From Selaginella moellendorffii (taxonomy: Eukaryota > Plantae > Lycopodiophyta): 64,000 nucleotides of DNA. The stretch covers positions 3,155,060-3,219,059 of the forward strand of contig NW_003314269.1 of the NCBI RefSeq assembly GCF_000143415.4, read 5' to 3'. The position numbers and the translations under genes were made by a program. Under the pieces are notes generated by a model. The model was not told where the DNA came from. It saw nothing but the letters and a program-made list of their open reading frames with translations, and searched no databases. This document shows positions 50,029 through 62,620 of this stretch, piece by piece. How positions within the stretch are numbered: position 1 is the first letter of the stretch; each line of letters starts with the position of its first letter.

Positions 50029-51290
50029 CAATCAATCCCAGATCCAGACGACGGTCTCTTTGTTCCTACCTAGCGGCGATCTCGAGAGTGAGCAGTGGTG
50101 GCTTTGTCTTCCAAGCGCAAGTATGACGACGACGAGGTATGTATAGGATGTTGCAAGAGAAAAAAAAAAGAGAGAGAGAAGAAGATTCTTCTTGAGAGAC
50201 TTTAGTTGGGGTGGAGCATCATCATCACTCGGTGTTAGTACAACGGTACAACACATCGATGTTACGTTTGTGCTTGTGAGGTTCTAATGTAAATCGTTTA
50301 CAGGGTGCGCGTTTTTTTCTAAAAGAAAAGTCTCTCGATCTCGCCATCACCGTTGCTTTGCGAGCGTAAACAAGGAATAAGTTGGAGCCTCGTTTTCTCT
50401 TCCCAACAGCTGTTTTTGTTGTATTACGCAGGTCCTCTGAGTGTGAGCTCAGCGTCCTTGTACTGCCGTGGGGTCACCATAGATTGGCAAGATCAAAGAC
50501 TCTTCCTCTAGCTACTAAACAGATTCTATCATGGATCACTCAGTGCGATCACTTTCCTTGATTTTTAAGAGGCCTCAGGCCGTGGATTGGAATGGATGGA
50601 ATTGAATAAGAAAAAAAATCTGGATCCACCACCACTGATTGGTTGCCTGTTGATCGCTGCTGGGTTGGAGAGTAAAGACAAGACACCGACAAGCGGGCAT
50701 CCATGTAAAAGTCTAAACTTATAGACATACACGTTGCTTTCATCATCTTCGCAAACTCGAGAGACAAACTATAATGCTCGACCGACTCAAGACCAAGAAC
50801 GAGGAACAATTAAAAAGAAACGAACACAGCGATGGCTTACCGGTGGAATTTTTTAATGCTCTTCTTCAACTTCCACCTACAAATGTTTGTTCCTGCGACC
50901 AACACTACCAAATCCAAAATCTCAGTGTGAGCGAGAATCGAGAATCCCAAACAGCCTTTTCCCCACCATACCCAATAATATCCGATTTCCATATTCACAA
51001 AACAAAGGAGAAGAAAATGGAAAGAAGATGCATACCTCAGGCACGAGCACCGAGTGAGAGAGTAACAATTCCCTCAAGCCCGGCCACCCGGCTGGAATGA
51101 AAACTTTTTTACTACCTGATTTACAAAACTGAACCGATGAAAGCCCCCAACGCCCAAAACTGCAGCTGGACGAGTGATTGGATTAGCCAACCGAGGAAAC
51201 AGAGAAATCACAACATACTCACAACTTTTAGAGAAGAGCTTCCGGAAGTATTTATACCAAAGAAAATCTCGATGCGTGAAGACTATGTAC

Positions 51291-54200
51291 TCATTTCGCA
51301 AGAAAGTCGTGCCGGAAAATGGTCAGGTTCTGTGTGAACTTTTCTCTGTTCGTGGGTTCCAACGTTCGGTTCACGTCAGTCATCAACTTCTCAAAGCCGA
51401 GGAGGAGCTTTTGCTGGCTATCGGGAGGCTGCATGCAATAACAAAGCAAAAAGGCATGGTCATTAAAAGCGCGAGGAAAACTCTTGTGACAAGGGGATAA
51501 AGTAAAACCTGTGAAGCAATAATTTGGATCTTGATGTCAGTGTATGCCTGAAGAAAAGAGAACGTTAGCCTAGCAGAAGCAAAACGAGCCGACAGACCTG
51601 CTCATTTATTAGAATCAACGCCAGAATAGGTCGGCTTATGCTCCATTGGTTGGAGCATTCCTCAAACAGCACCAATTCAAAGAGCGACTTTAAGAGCTGC
51701 AAGAGAAAAAGGTTATCATGCTAGCAAAGCCTCGAAACATACCTGTGGGAAGATATTTGGCCGCTCCTGTATGTGCCTTGCAAAGTTGATTGACATTGGT
51801 GAGGTGGGGGACTCTCCTAGAGTGATGTGTGTGAAGTAGTATGCCGACATGTTGTCTACAGCGCTTGCACACTAAAACACCAAGTCAAGGAAAAAAGGAA
51901 ACGTAAAAACAAAATGCGAAAAAGCAAAGGTACGAACCTGTGAAGAAATACTGGCATCTAAAGATTTGAGACCCGCCTCCAGTGAACCCAGAACATGTGA
52001 AAATGTTGGTGTGTCAAGGTTCACAATGACCGACAAATGGTGGTGACACAAAACCTCGAAAAAAGCATAATATGATCGTGCAACCTGCCACAAAAAACGA
52101 GCGGTGTGTTTGGCTTCTCTCATTAATAGCAGTACCTTGCGATATGCGGCGATGTCGGCTAACGGTATTGAAAACGACATCTTCAAAGCTACGTCCAACG
52201 CATCGGCGAGAGCAGGATCGCCGTAGAGCTCAAAAACACCGAAATTGACATAATTTCCACCCAAAGCTGTCAAAGAAACTCTTCATCAGACAAATCTTCC
52301 AAGGCAACAAAGAGCAAACCTCGAGTAAGAATAACCAGAGCTATCCAGATGCCCTTATACTTGTATGCATATATGTCAGAGGGCGTTGGAAGTGCCATTA
52401 TTCCATTTCCATAAGCTACCAATAGCTTACTGATCTCTCGAAAGAGCAAAATTCCATTGGGCGATGAAGACTCAAATGTAAGGCGCTGGGTCTTGTTCAC
52501 GACAAATTCAGCCATGAACTTCAACAACGGGGTCGTCACCTGGAACCAGCAAATAAGCAGACAAGAAAACAGCAAGCGTGTAAGAGTACCTCTGGAGTAT
52601 CTACCCAATGACCAAGAGCTCTGATAATAACAGAGAAATGAGCTGGATACAGCCAATCGAATAGCGGGGTAAACGTTTTCCGACTGTGGACAAGTTTTAG
52701 CAACCTTTCAAACATTTAAGTTCCACCTGTTTGTAGCCATTGTAATGCCCCTCAAATCCCGCATCAATCCGACAATGGTATATTTAACAGCATCGGATCT
52801 GAATGCCGAATCTGGAGTCGCCTCCAAACTCAGAAAGACCTGTTGAGAGAAACAAAACTTACTAACTAGCAAAAGGAAGAGGATGCATGAAACCTGCTGC
52901 AAAGGGGCGATTGCAGTGCGGAACCTCGACACGGAATCCTCCATGAACACCAACCGCCCTATGGTGAAGTAGAACGTCGTCCGATGCCTCGAGTTGGAAG
53001 GCTCATCCAGAAAAGAAAAATGCTCCCTCTGCAACCTCAAAACCATTGTATCTGGTTGTCCAAACATTTCAAATGTTTTTTACCGAGCAAACTACTGAAA
53101 ATAAACCTGGCGAAATCACTACTATACAAATATGCTTACCGTGTGATTTGCGAGGATGAAATTCACAGCATCCAGCTTCAACAAAAGTTTTCCACTCATG
53201 TATCTGCAGAAGAGAAAACAGATAATGAGATGCAAACTTCCTGTTGAACATCCTACCCGGTAGGCAACTCTTGAAAAAGGTTCAGTGCTTGTTGAATAAC
53301 ATCCTCGCACTAAAGATTGCTTTGATAAAAAAAAAAAGGAAAAATAAAGACGTGAGGGTTAACCTGAGCGTAGCACTTGAGGTCGGTCGCAATCTTCGCA
53401 ACGATAATATTTAAGGCCACTAAATTATCTTGCACCCCAAGTTCGCTAAGCCGAGCATACAATTGCTGATATGAAAAAAGACGGTTTAGCAAGACAAGAG
53501 GACCAATAGCAACGCGATTACCTTAGAAGAATGCTCCCCGACGTATACTTTGCGAAAATGCTGAAAGAAAGACAGTAAAGCAATATCTAAGCGTTGCTTG
53601 CTTCGTTCACCATATCTCTGTTGAGAAAAAAAAAAACAGAAATTATGAAAAGGGTTTACGACGTAGAAGCACACCTGTACATGCGAGCCAGAATCCGTTA
53701 CTTGGAGAAGTTGAAACACTCGTGCTGAAAGTTCTCCGTCTATGACTTCGTGAACCTCTGCACTGCAGAACAAAAAGCGAGAATGTTAAGAAAAGCCTGA
53801 ATGGTAGTTACAAATACCTGGATGCCGAATTCTGCCTGATCTTTATAATGGAGCCAATAATATGAACTAGCCATGTTAATTGGCCTTCAATTATACTAAG
53901 TCGAGAACCTTCAGCAGGATTTGGAACACGTGAGGCTTCCTGCAGTGACATGTATTAGCGTCTGTAGAAGTTATAGCATGCCTTCATACCGTGAATGATT
54001 GTAGAATTGGATCAAGCAATTGCAGGATGAAAGCACTAGATCTCTCGTACTACGTATAAAAACAAGAAACAAAGTCATCAGCGATCTGTATTACTCTGAA
54101 ACAGCAGCACCTGAAATCGACAAAGAAATGGAAGACTATCAAGTTGATCTTGCAGATGTTCCTCGTTGTCAAGAGGATCTTCAGCCAAATTGTTTTGAAC

Positions 54201-55929
54201 GATCGCCTGCTCAGGATATTAAGAATCTTACAAAAAAATTCAACAAATTTCGTTACCTGTACAGAATCAAAGCGTGATGTTATATAAGCCTCCGTTATTT
54301 TGGGGACGTACGCATCGAGTAGACTAGGAAAATTACTTTTAAGATATGGAACTGACGAGACGAGCCGGGACCAGAGGCCCAAAAGGTAATATACGCTTCC
54401 GCTGGCCCACTACAGATATCACAGGATTCGGAGGTGAACAAGAACAAAAAATCAGATTTGTAGTACCTGCCAAGATTGAAACGACCTTATTGTGAACTCA
54501 GCCACCAATCGGATCCAGTCATTATAGTTTTCTACACTTATCAACTCGGAAAGCTGGTAGCGAGGTCATCAGCAAATAAAAGTCTACATAAAACAAAGGA
54601 TTGCTTACTTGGTAGTTCGTCTTCAACCTCCCAAGGAGGCGACAGTACTCATGATAGTTAACGTGCTCCGACAGTCCTGTGAATACACAAGGCACACCAT
54701 CCGAATGAGCAGAGGAGGCACTAAAACGCCGAACCTTGTTGAGTTCTCAGTATTTCGCGTGTGCCAGACAGCAAGTGTGATAAAAACTTCATGCGCTCAG
54801 TTTCGCCCGAAAACAGAGCTCTTCTAATAGAGGCTAGTTGAACGAGACATTCTAGCGCCTACCATAAACCTGTTGTTAGAGTACGTGAAGCGTAGAATCA
54901 AACCTGGTTTGAAAGTGGGGGCTTTGAGATAGCATAATAGTCGAAAAACAAGTTGATGGTCGACATATCTTCCAGCAAACCTTTCCACGAAGAAGGTATC
55001 TGCAATTGGCAGACATTACAGCAAGCAAGCATCATGCAAGATAGTCACTCCACCTGAATCGTACCAAGCTCCTCAGAGCTTTCATCTTGCGATGTCCCCA
55101 CAAAGTCAAAAGAAAGACACTTTAAAGCGAGACCCATGGCTTGCTGACGGAGCCTGTCATCAGCTGCAAAAAAAACGAAATAAATAAACGCTGTAAAGAA
55201 ACATTAAAGACATACCATCTCGTTTCAATTGGCCAAGCGATGTAAGTGAAATCTGGAAGATCTGGAGGAGCGCCGAGTCACGAAAGAAACAGGCAATTTT
55301 TCGATGATGCGCCAGAGAGAGGCATGGATTTGGCTGCAGATAAACAAAAAAAAATAAAAACGATAAAAAAACGCTGCAAGCCGAGGACAATGCAGGCTTA
55401 CCTGATTCATCTCCTGGACGAGTTGATTCAAGATTCGCAAACCAATGTAGAAGTGCTCCACTGTTGCTTGAGACATGAATTTCATGGCCTCTTTGGTGAT
55501 CTCCTTGAATCTATCGTCGTCATTCCAGCCCAGTTTTGTGATACGGCAGAGGAGCTGGATCAGGGATATGATCACAAATGCTTGGAGCTCCTGTCCTTTC
55601 GATGCCAGATAGCTCAAAATATAGTTTCCTGGGGAAAAAAACGAAAGAAAAAAATTCACGGCAATCCAAGAAAGAAGATGCTACATACTGATATCGATTC
55701 TCAGCTGGAGCGCCAAGGTGTGATTGGTGACTTGCTTGAGAAGGCTCGAAGATGCCAGCAGCTGCGCATATGGAGACGATGAGCTCTCTAGGATGAGCTG
55801 ACACTGCGAAATGTAGTCCAAATTCGTCGAGAAGCACTGCAATGTGCTCTCGGCATGAGCTCGCTCCGCCGGATCCTGGGAATTGTAGAGCCGGTCGCAC
55901 AGGGCCTCCAGCTGCGCCAAGCTCTCCAT
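51291..55929 (-). CDS. XPO7: Exportin-7 (RanBP16/17) homolog, many short introns
   Basis: MESLAQLEALCDRLY..ERAHAE, QLLCRITKLGW, HRKIACFFRD, FFQHFRKVYVGE, GLMRDLRGI, TTPLLKFMAEFV..RLTFESSSPNGILLFRE, GNYVNFGVFELYGD, NQWSISRP, REKFTQNLTIFRHD; stop at 51291-51293. Confidence 0.95.
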
Positions 55930-56274
55930 CGCAAATGGAGCGCCCGAAATTTCCTCCCTGCCGATGCGATGTCAAGATTGCTTCCACGCAATCCCGCGCC
56001 GGCGATGGATCTGAGATTCATGCGGCCATGCTATCCCCCCCCCCGGGTTCCCGAACGCACAAACCCTAAGAAAACCCTAGAAGAAAGACGCTGCCGTACT
56101 TGCCCGTATCCGGACCGTCAGATATCGTGGAATGTACGGAGTCGAAAGAAATAATCGGTTCATCCTTGCCGTCGATGTCCAGCGGCCGGATCGCTTGCCA
56201 AGTAGACTTTGCCACGTCGTCGTGAGATATTTGCCTAAAACCCTTATCCAAACCCTTGAGCGAGGGAAAGAGCT
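55930..56274. promoter_or_regulatory. 345-bp bidirectional promoter region with telo-boxes
   Basis: Head-to-head XPO7 and RIBA-like starts; AAACCCTAA/AAACCCTAG at 56061-56080. Confidence 0.55.
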
Positions 56275-57609
56275 ATGGCGGCATATTGTGCGCCCTCTGG
56301 GAGTGCGCTTCTTGCTAGGGCTCCGGCACCTAGGGTTTGGATAGCGGGCGCGAGCGCCGGTTTCGTCGGATTCAATGGCGGCATTCTCCGGCGCGGTATG
56401 TGTCTAGGATTCAGCAGCGCCTTTAGAAATGGAAATGCGGCCGATAGATTCGTCACGAGGGCCTCTGCGGCGGCCGAGGCTTCCACAGATGCGCCAGTAG
56501 ATACCGGGCCAGGGATTACGATTGAGGAGACTGATCCCATCCCTTACATCAGCGATCTCTTCACAAACGATGAAAACGATCCGGATGTTCCCACCGAGGG
56601 CTATTCATCGATCTCTGACGCTTCCAAGGCGATTAAAGCGGGCAAGGTTTGTACAAATAAATTGCTAATTGCGAGTACTTAATGTGGGTCTGTTATATGC
56701 AGTTTGTGATTCTTGTCGACCTTGTGGATGGACGTAGCGTTGGATACTTGGTGATGGCAGCGAGTATGGTTACTCCCGATCGTCTCCAGTTTGTCGATCG
56801 ATACTGCATGCAAGGTCTTTTTTGTGTGCTGAGCAGTGAGCGTCTAGACGAGCTCCAAATTGGTGCGAGAGGAAGCATGACCGATGAAGCGAGAGTTTCC
56901 GTGGTATGTAAACGTTGAGAATTGCTGTCTTCTCTTCTTTGATTTAGTTTCTGTTCTTTGTGTTTTCCAGGACGAAAGATCTGGCACTGCAACTGGCGCC
57001 TCCGTGGGTGCAAGAACAAACACCGTTTTAGCACTCTTAAATCCAGAATCGAAGCCGGACATGTTCGTAAGTCCCGGATACGTTTATCCTCTGCGTTATC
57101 AAGGCTCTGGCAAGCGAGCTGGAACTCCAGAGGCGGCGCTGGATCTCATCACTCTGAATCGCCTGCCGAGGGGCGCCCTGGTTTCTCAGCTGGTCTACGA
57201 CAAAGAGGATCTAAATCCCCGACTCCCAAAGCTCCAGCGATTCTCCAAGGAGAACTTGATCCCGATTCTCTCGGTTACTGACTTAAACAGGTAAAAGTTC
57301 TTCGAGCTCTTCCATTTCGCGACTTGATCTCTCTTTGGTGTTTCTTCTTCCAGGTACTTTGCCGAGACCACACTCCACAACTTGACAGTCGTCAACTGGA
57401 TCATGAAGAGCCTCCAGGACGAAAGAGAGCGATTGCAAAAAGAGACCGGATCGACGTCTACTGATATGAAGTTCTTGATCGCCGAGAGGGATCGATTGAG
57501 GAAAGAAAGAGGAGAACCTCCGGTGGAAGAGGGAGAGGGCCAGGGCGGCGCCGCCAATAATTTACCCACAAACGGCCTTCCAACGTCGCCTCCGCTACCA
57601 ACATCTTAG
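56275..57609 (+). CDS. Plastid-targeted RIBA-derived protein: degenerate DHBP synthase domain only, with a novel C-terminal tail
   Basis: Exons 56275-56646, 56703-56903, 56971-57290, 57354-57609; transit-peptide-like N-terminus; DPDVPTEGYSSI, LVMAAS, TGAS..RTNTVLAL, PGYVYPL, RAGTPEAALDL. Confidence 0.85.
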
Positions 57610-57713
57610 ACTAGAGCTTTATGTATGCTTTTGTGACATGGCGCCTTGTTGGCATTGTTTTTAGTGATGTGGCAATTAAAATGGTTAAAGATTATAATGG
57701 TAAATATAACCCT

Positions 57714-59459
57714 ATGGATTCGAACCCCCGGAGAATGGATTGCTTAATGTTTAGGGCTCTAGTGCCAGGTGCTAGCACCGCATTGTGTCCGAGAGCCCCT
57801 AGGGCGTCGAATTACCCGGGCGCTGCAGTGAGATTTCCACTTCCCGCGTCCCGGAGGTCGGGATTGTGCTGCAAAGCGGCATCCGATGATGATGCGGCTA
57901 CTAGAGCGCCCGGATTGGAGACGATCTCAGCTCAGATCACGCCAGTCATCGACAAATTCTTCGTCAGCGATGTGCAAGGGGATCCGGACAAGCCAATGGA
58001 GGGGTTCTCGCAGATATCGGAGGCGATCGAGGCGATCGGTGAAGGAAAGGTAAGAGATTGAGAGAATTATTTTCTTAAACCAATGTGTTTGCTTACGATG
58101 TTCTTGTTGGGATGATTTAGTACGTGGTGCTCGTCGACGGAAAAGATACGGGGCATTTGGTGATGGCGGCAAGCTTGATCACACCTCAAGACGCTCATTT
58201 CTTTGTGAAAGCAGGCAGTGGTTTGATGTACTGTCCCATGAGCCCGAAGCTCTTGGACCGATTGAGAATCCAGTTAATGGTTCGAGAGCACGGCGAGAAC
58301 GAACCTACGCCGGAGCAAGCACAAACGGTGTCTGTGGTATGTTAAGCTTGTTTGTTCTTCCAATGCATAGATAGCTGAATGCAAAGCCTGTTTTTTCAGG
58401 ATGCGAAGCTGGGGACGACAACTGGTGTCTCGTCCCAAGATCGTGCAAACACAATTCTTGCGCTTGCGTCGCCCGACTCCAGATCGGAACACTTTCGAAA
58501 GCCGGGACACATTTATCCTATTCGAACTCATAGAGATGGAGTTCTATACAGGCTTGGTTTTGCAGAAGCCGCTATGGATCTTGTAACTTTAGCTGGGCTG
58601 CCGAGTGTTGCTGTGACCACACATCTTGCGGTCCAAGGACTGCCAGAATTGAGCAAGTTTGCGGCACAACGCGGATTTCCATTCATTAAAGTTGCCGATT
58701 TAGGAAGGTAAAGTGCGTCGTACGTACGAACGAAGCTTTGTGAGTCAGTGCCGACGGGATTTTCGTTGTTCCAGGTACATGAAAAAGAGGGAGAAGCTTG
58801 TCGAAAGAACTGCAGTCGCTCGACTTCCAACCAAGTGGGGGGATTTTAAAGCTTATAGCTACAAATCAAAGCTCAATAGCATTGAGCACGTCGCGTATGT
58901 GAAGGTGTGCATTTTACGGTTTTTCGTTTTTTTTTTTTCTGGTTTTTTTCCTTCGTTCTCAACTCTAAAGTTGTACTCAGGGCGATATTGGCGACGGACA
59001 AGACGTGCTTGTGAGAGTTCACTCTGAATGCCTCACTGGTGACATCCTTGGCTCTTTGAGATGCCCGTGCCGTGACAGTCTCGCTCACGCCATGCAAAGA
59101 ATCGAGAGCGCCGGCCGGGGCGTGCTCGTCTACTTGCGTGGTCACGAGGGAATGCGGGTCGGCCTCGCGGAAAAACTCTCAGCTTACAGCATGATGGATG
59201 GAGGCGAATCCATCGTGGAAGAAACCGCAGTGGATTCGCGTGACTACGGCATTGGTGCTCAGGTTAGTTTTTTCTTTCTTTGCTTTCCTTCTCTTCGTTC
59301 TCTTTCTGTTTGATCACTGTATTGATGTTCCAGATCTTGAGAGACATTGGAGTGAGAACGATGAGGCTGATGACCAACAATCCCGCAAAGTTCCTTGGCT
59401 TGCGAGGATACGGTCTGGCTGTAACGAGCAGAATTCCAGTGTCTAGAGGGTCAAGCTAA
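57714..59459 (+). CDS. RIBA: RIBA-family DHBP synthase/GTP cyclohydrolase II fusion, divergent
   Basis: Exons 57714 (or 57735)-58049, 58121-58336, 58400-58707, 58775-58904, 58981-59262, 59334-59459; [66 protein letters not shown]. Confidence 0.9.
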
Positions 59460-60185
59460 TACGGTATGCTTCTCAAGTTCCTTCCTTCACAGTCTTATAA
59501 CTGCTACAGTTACTGGATGATTTTTCCCTTGCCAGGTTTTAGAAGTTCGACGAAGTTAATATGCGTTGTCCTTGGAAGAATTCTTATCAGGAAGTTCCTT
59601 GCCACTGCAGCAGAAATTTCCATCGCTCCATCACTCTATAGTATTTTAGGAATCGTAAGAATGATAGAAATAGTCATGGGAGACTCTTCGACAAACAAGT
59701 AGAGAAAATTTAATCAAACTTTAGATTCGTGCCTTGCTCTAGACATGCCTGGTAAGTAGCGAAGCAAATGCATAAAGCATACGGCGGCGGGGCTAATTAA
59801 GTCCTAAAGCTAGATTGCATTCCGTGCGTCACGTCCGTGCCAGGGTTTTCTCGCCAATGTACCCTCGCCCAGTGCTTTGTTGGCCGGTGTTAGGGCTCGT
59901 CAGCCTCTTTCCATCGCCCAGCCCTCCATCCCCCCTCCTCCCTTCCTCCTCTTTCTCCTCCCCCATTTCTTCTTTATCTTGAGCGCCTCCTCCTCACAAC
60001 CCTAATCCAGGGTTTTGCGATCGATCTCCGGCGGCAGTCTTCGTTCTTCTCGGTAGGGATCGGGGTTGATCGCGGAGGGCGCTCGAGCAGAAAATCACAA
60101 AAAAGGTCTGGTTCTTCTCTTCTCTAGCGAGAAAACGAAAACAATTTCCCAAGAAATCTCGAGAACAGCAGCTAGCCCGGCAGAA

Positions 60186-62620
60186 ATGGCCCAGCTCCCG
60201 TCGCCTTTGGTCCAGTCGCCTGTGATTCCCGGGATCAATCAGTTCGTGTCGACCTCGCTCTACGTCGGGGATTTGGATCCCAATGTCAGCGAGAATCAGC
60301 TGTATGATCTCTTCAACCAGATTGGGCAGGTCCTCTCGATCAGGGTTTGCCGCGATCTCATGACGAGGAGGTCTCTGGGCTACGCTTATGTGAATTACAA
60401 CAACGTCCAAGACGGTATGGTGCTTTGCTTTGTTTCCACGCTTTTATTGGTACCACTAAACGCCTTTTCTCTTGTTCTATTATCAGCAACGCGTGCGCTG
60501 GAGCTTCTTAACTTCACTCCTGTGAATGGTAAGGCTGTGCGTATCATGTTTTCTCACCGGGATCCTAGCATTCGCAAGAGTGGAACTGCTAACATCTTCA
60601 TCAAGGTACTATCAGTAGAAGTATTTGAATTCCTCCGGGTTTGAGAGTATAATCTTCGTGTTTTCACAGAATCTCGACAGGGCCATCGACAACAAGGCTC
60701 TCCACGACACGTTTGTGAGCTTTGGAAACATTCTCTCTTGTAAGGTGGCCACGGACTCCAACGGGCAGTCGAAAGGCTATGGGTTTGTCCAGTTTGAGCA
60801 GGAAGAGTCTGCCCAGGTTGCCATTGACAAGGTGAACGGGATGCTCGTTGCGGAGAAACAGGTGTTCGTTGGTCCTTTCGTTAGGCGCCAGGAAAGAGAA
60901 CAGAACGGCAAGTTCAACAACGTGTTTGTGAAGAACCTGGGTGAATCCACCACCGACGACGAACTCAAGGAGGTTTTCGGTGCATTTGGAAAGATCACAA
61001 GCGCCGTGGTGATGAGGGACTCCGATGGAAAGTCGAAGTGTTTCGGCTTCGTCAACTTTGAGAATCCGGACGAGGCTGCTAAGGCTGTTGTAGGCCTGAA
61101 TGGAAAGAAAATCGAAGACAAAGAATGGTACGTGGGTAGAGCGCAGAAAAAGTCCGAAAGGGAGGCAGAGCTCAGGGCGAAGTACGAACAAGAGCGCAAG
61201 GAGCGTATTGACAGATATCAGGGCGCGAACTTATACCTGAAGAATCTGGACGACGACGTTGACGATGAAAGGCTTCGCGAAATATTTGCCGATTTCGGTT
61301 CTATTACCTCGTGCAAGGTTAGAATGCTTTGTTTGCGTTTCATTTTGGCTCGCTAAATGGGATCGTGTAACAGGTAATGCGGGATGCTCAAGGTCAGAGC
61401 AAAGGATCAGGATTTGTTGCATATTCCGCCCCAGAAGAAGCCAATCGTGCGGTATGTTTGCCTACTTTATTCTAATCTGTTATAGCAACTGTTACGATAA
61501 CATGTGGAACTTTCAGACGATTGAAATGAACGGAAAGATGATCGGAAGCAAACCAATCTACGTTGCCATGGCACAAAGGAAAGAGGAAAGGCGAGCCAAA
61601 CTACAGGTAAGCCCGAGGACTATGGTCTTACGATTATCTCAAGTCATCATTTGTGCAGGCTCAGTTCGCTCAGATGAGGAGTCCCGTCGGTGTTGCGACT
61701 ACGATGCCAATGTATCATCCTGGAGCACCGGGGCTTGGTCAGCAACTGTTTTACGGGCAGCCACCCGCGTTGATGCCTCCACAGGTGACATATTTACTCA
61801 CCTCCTACATGGGAATGTCTTCTAAGTTCTTTCGGTTTCGTCTTGCAGCCAGCTGGATTTGCTTATCAGCAGCAAATGCTAGGAATGCGGCCAGGCGGCG
61901 GTCAATTGCCTAGTTATTTTGTACCTGTTGTTCAAAGGCAAGGACCTCAAGGAGGACAGCGAGCAGCCGGAGCACGGCGCGGAGCCGCTGGAACGCCAGT
62001 GCCACAGCAGCAGCTGCCACCACCGCAGCAACAGGTTCACCGAATACTTATTGTACTTCGTAACCTCTTGCATCCATTTGACATGGGTGTTTGCCGTCGT
62101 TTCAGATGATCCGAGGTAATCGGAATTTCCGGTACACTCCCTCGGCCAGGAACACTCCCGAAGTTCCCGTACCACCGCAACTCGTGAATGTGCTGCCTGT
62201 TCCGCTGGAGATACCAAGCGTGCCTCTGACTCCTGTTTCCCCGCTTCCGCCGTCGTTACCCATCGGTGCGCTTGCATCCGCTCTGGCTTCCGCGTCTCCC
62301 GAGCACCAACGAGTGGTACGTAGATTTGGATTTGTTTTTGGTACGTCCCGTGTGCACCGTTTTCTTACGCGAGTCTCGATTGCGTGTAGATGCTGGGAGA
62401 GCAGCTGTATCCTCTGGTCGACCAGCTCGAGCATGACCACGCCGGAAAGGTAACTGGTATGCTGCTCGAGATGGACCAGACTGAGATCCTCCATCTGCTC
62501 GAGGCACCGGATGCTCTGAAAGCCAAAGTTGCGGAGGCCATGGAGGTGCTGAGGCAGGCCCAGAGGTCGCCCTCGACAGAGCTGGCGTCCCTCTCGCTCA
62601 ACGAGCCAATTCCGTCGTAA
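60186..62620 (+). CDS. PAB: Cytoplasmic poly(A)-binding protein (4 RRMs + MLLE)
   Basis: Exons 60186-60414, 60487-60605, 60670-61317, 61374-61451, 61517-61606, 61659-61784, 61849-62034, 62106-62315, 62390-62620; [56 protein letters not shown]. Confidence 0.97.
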
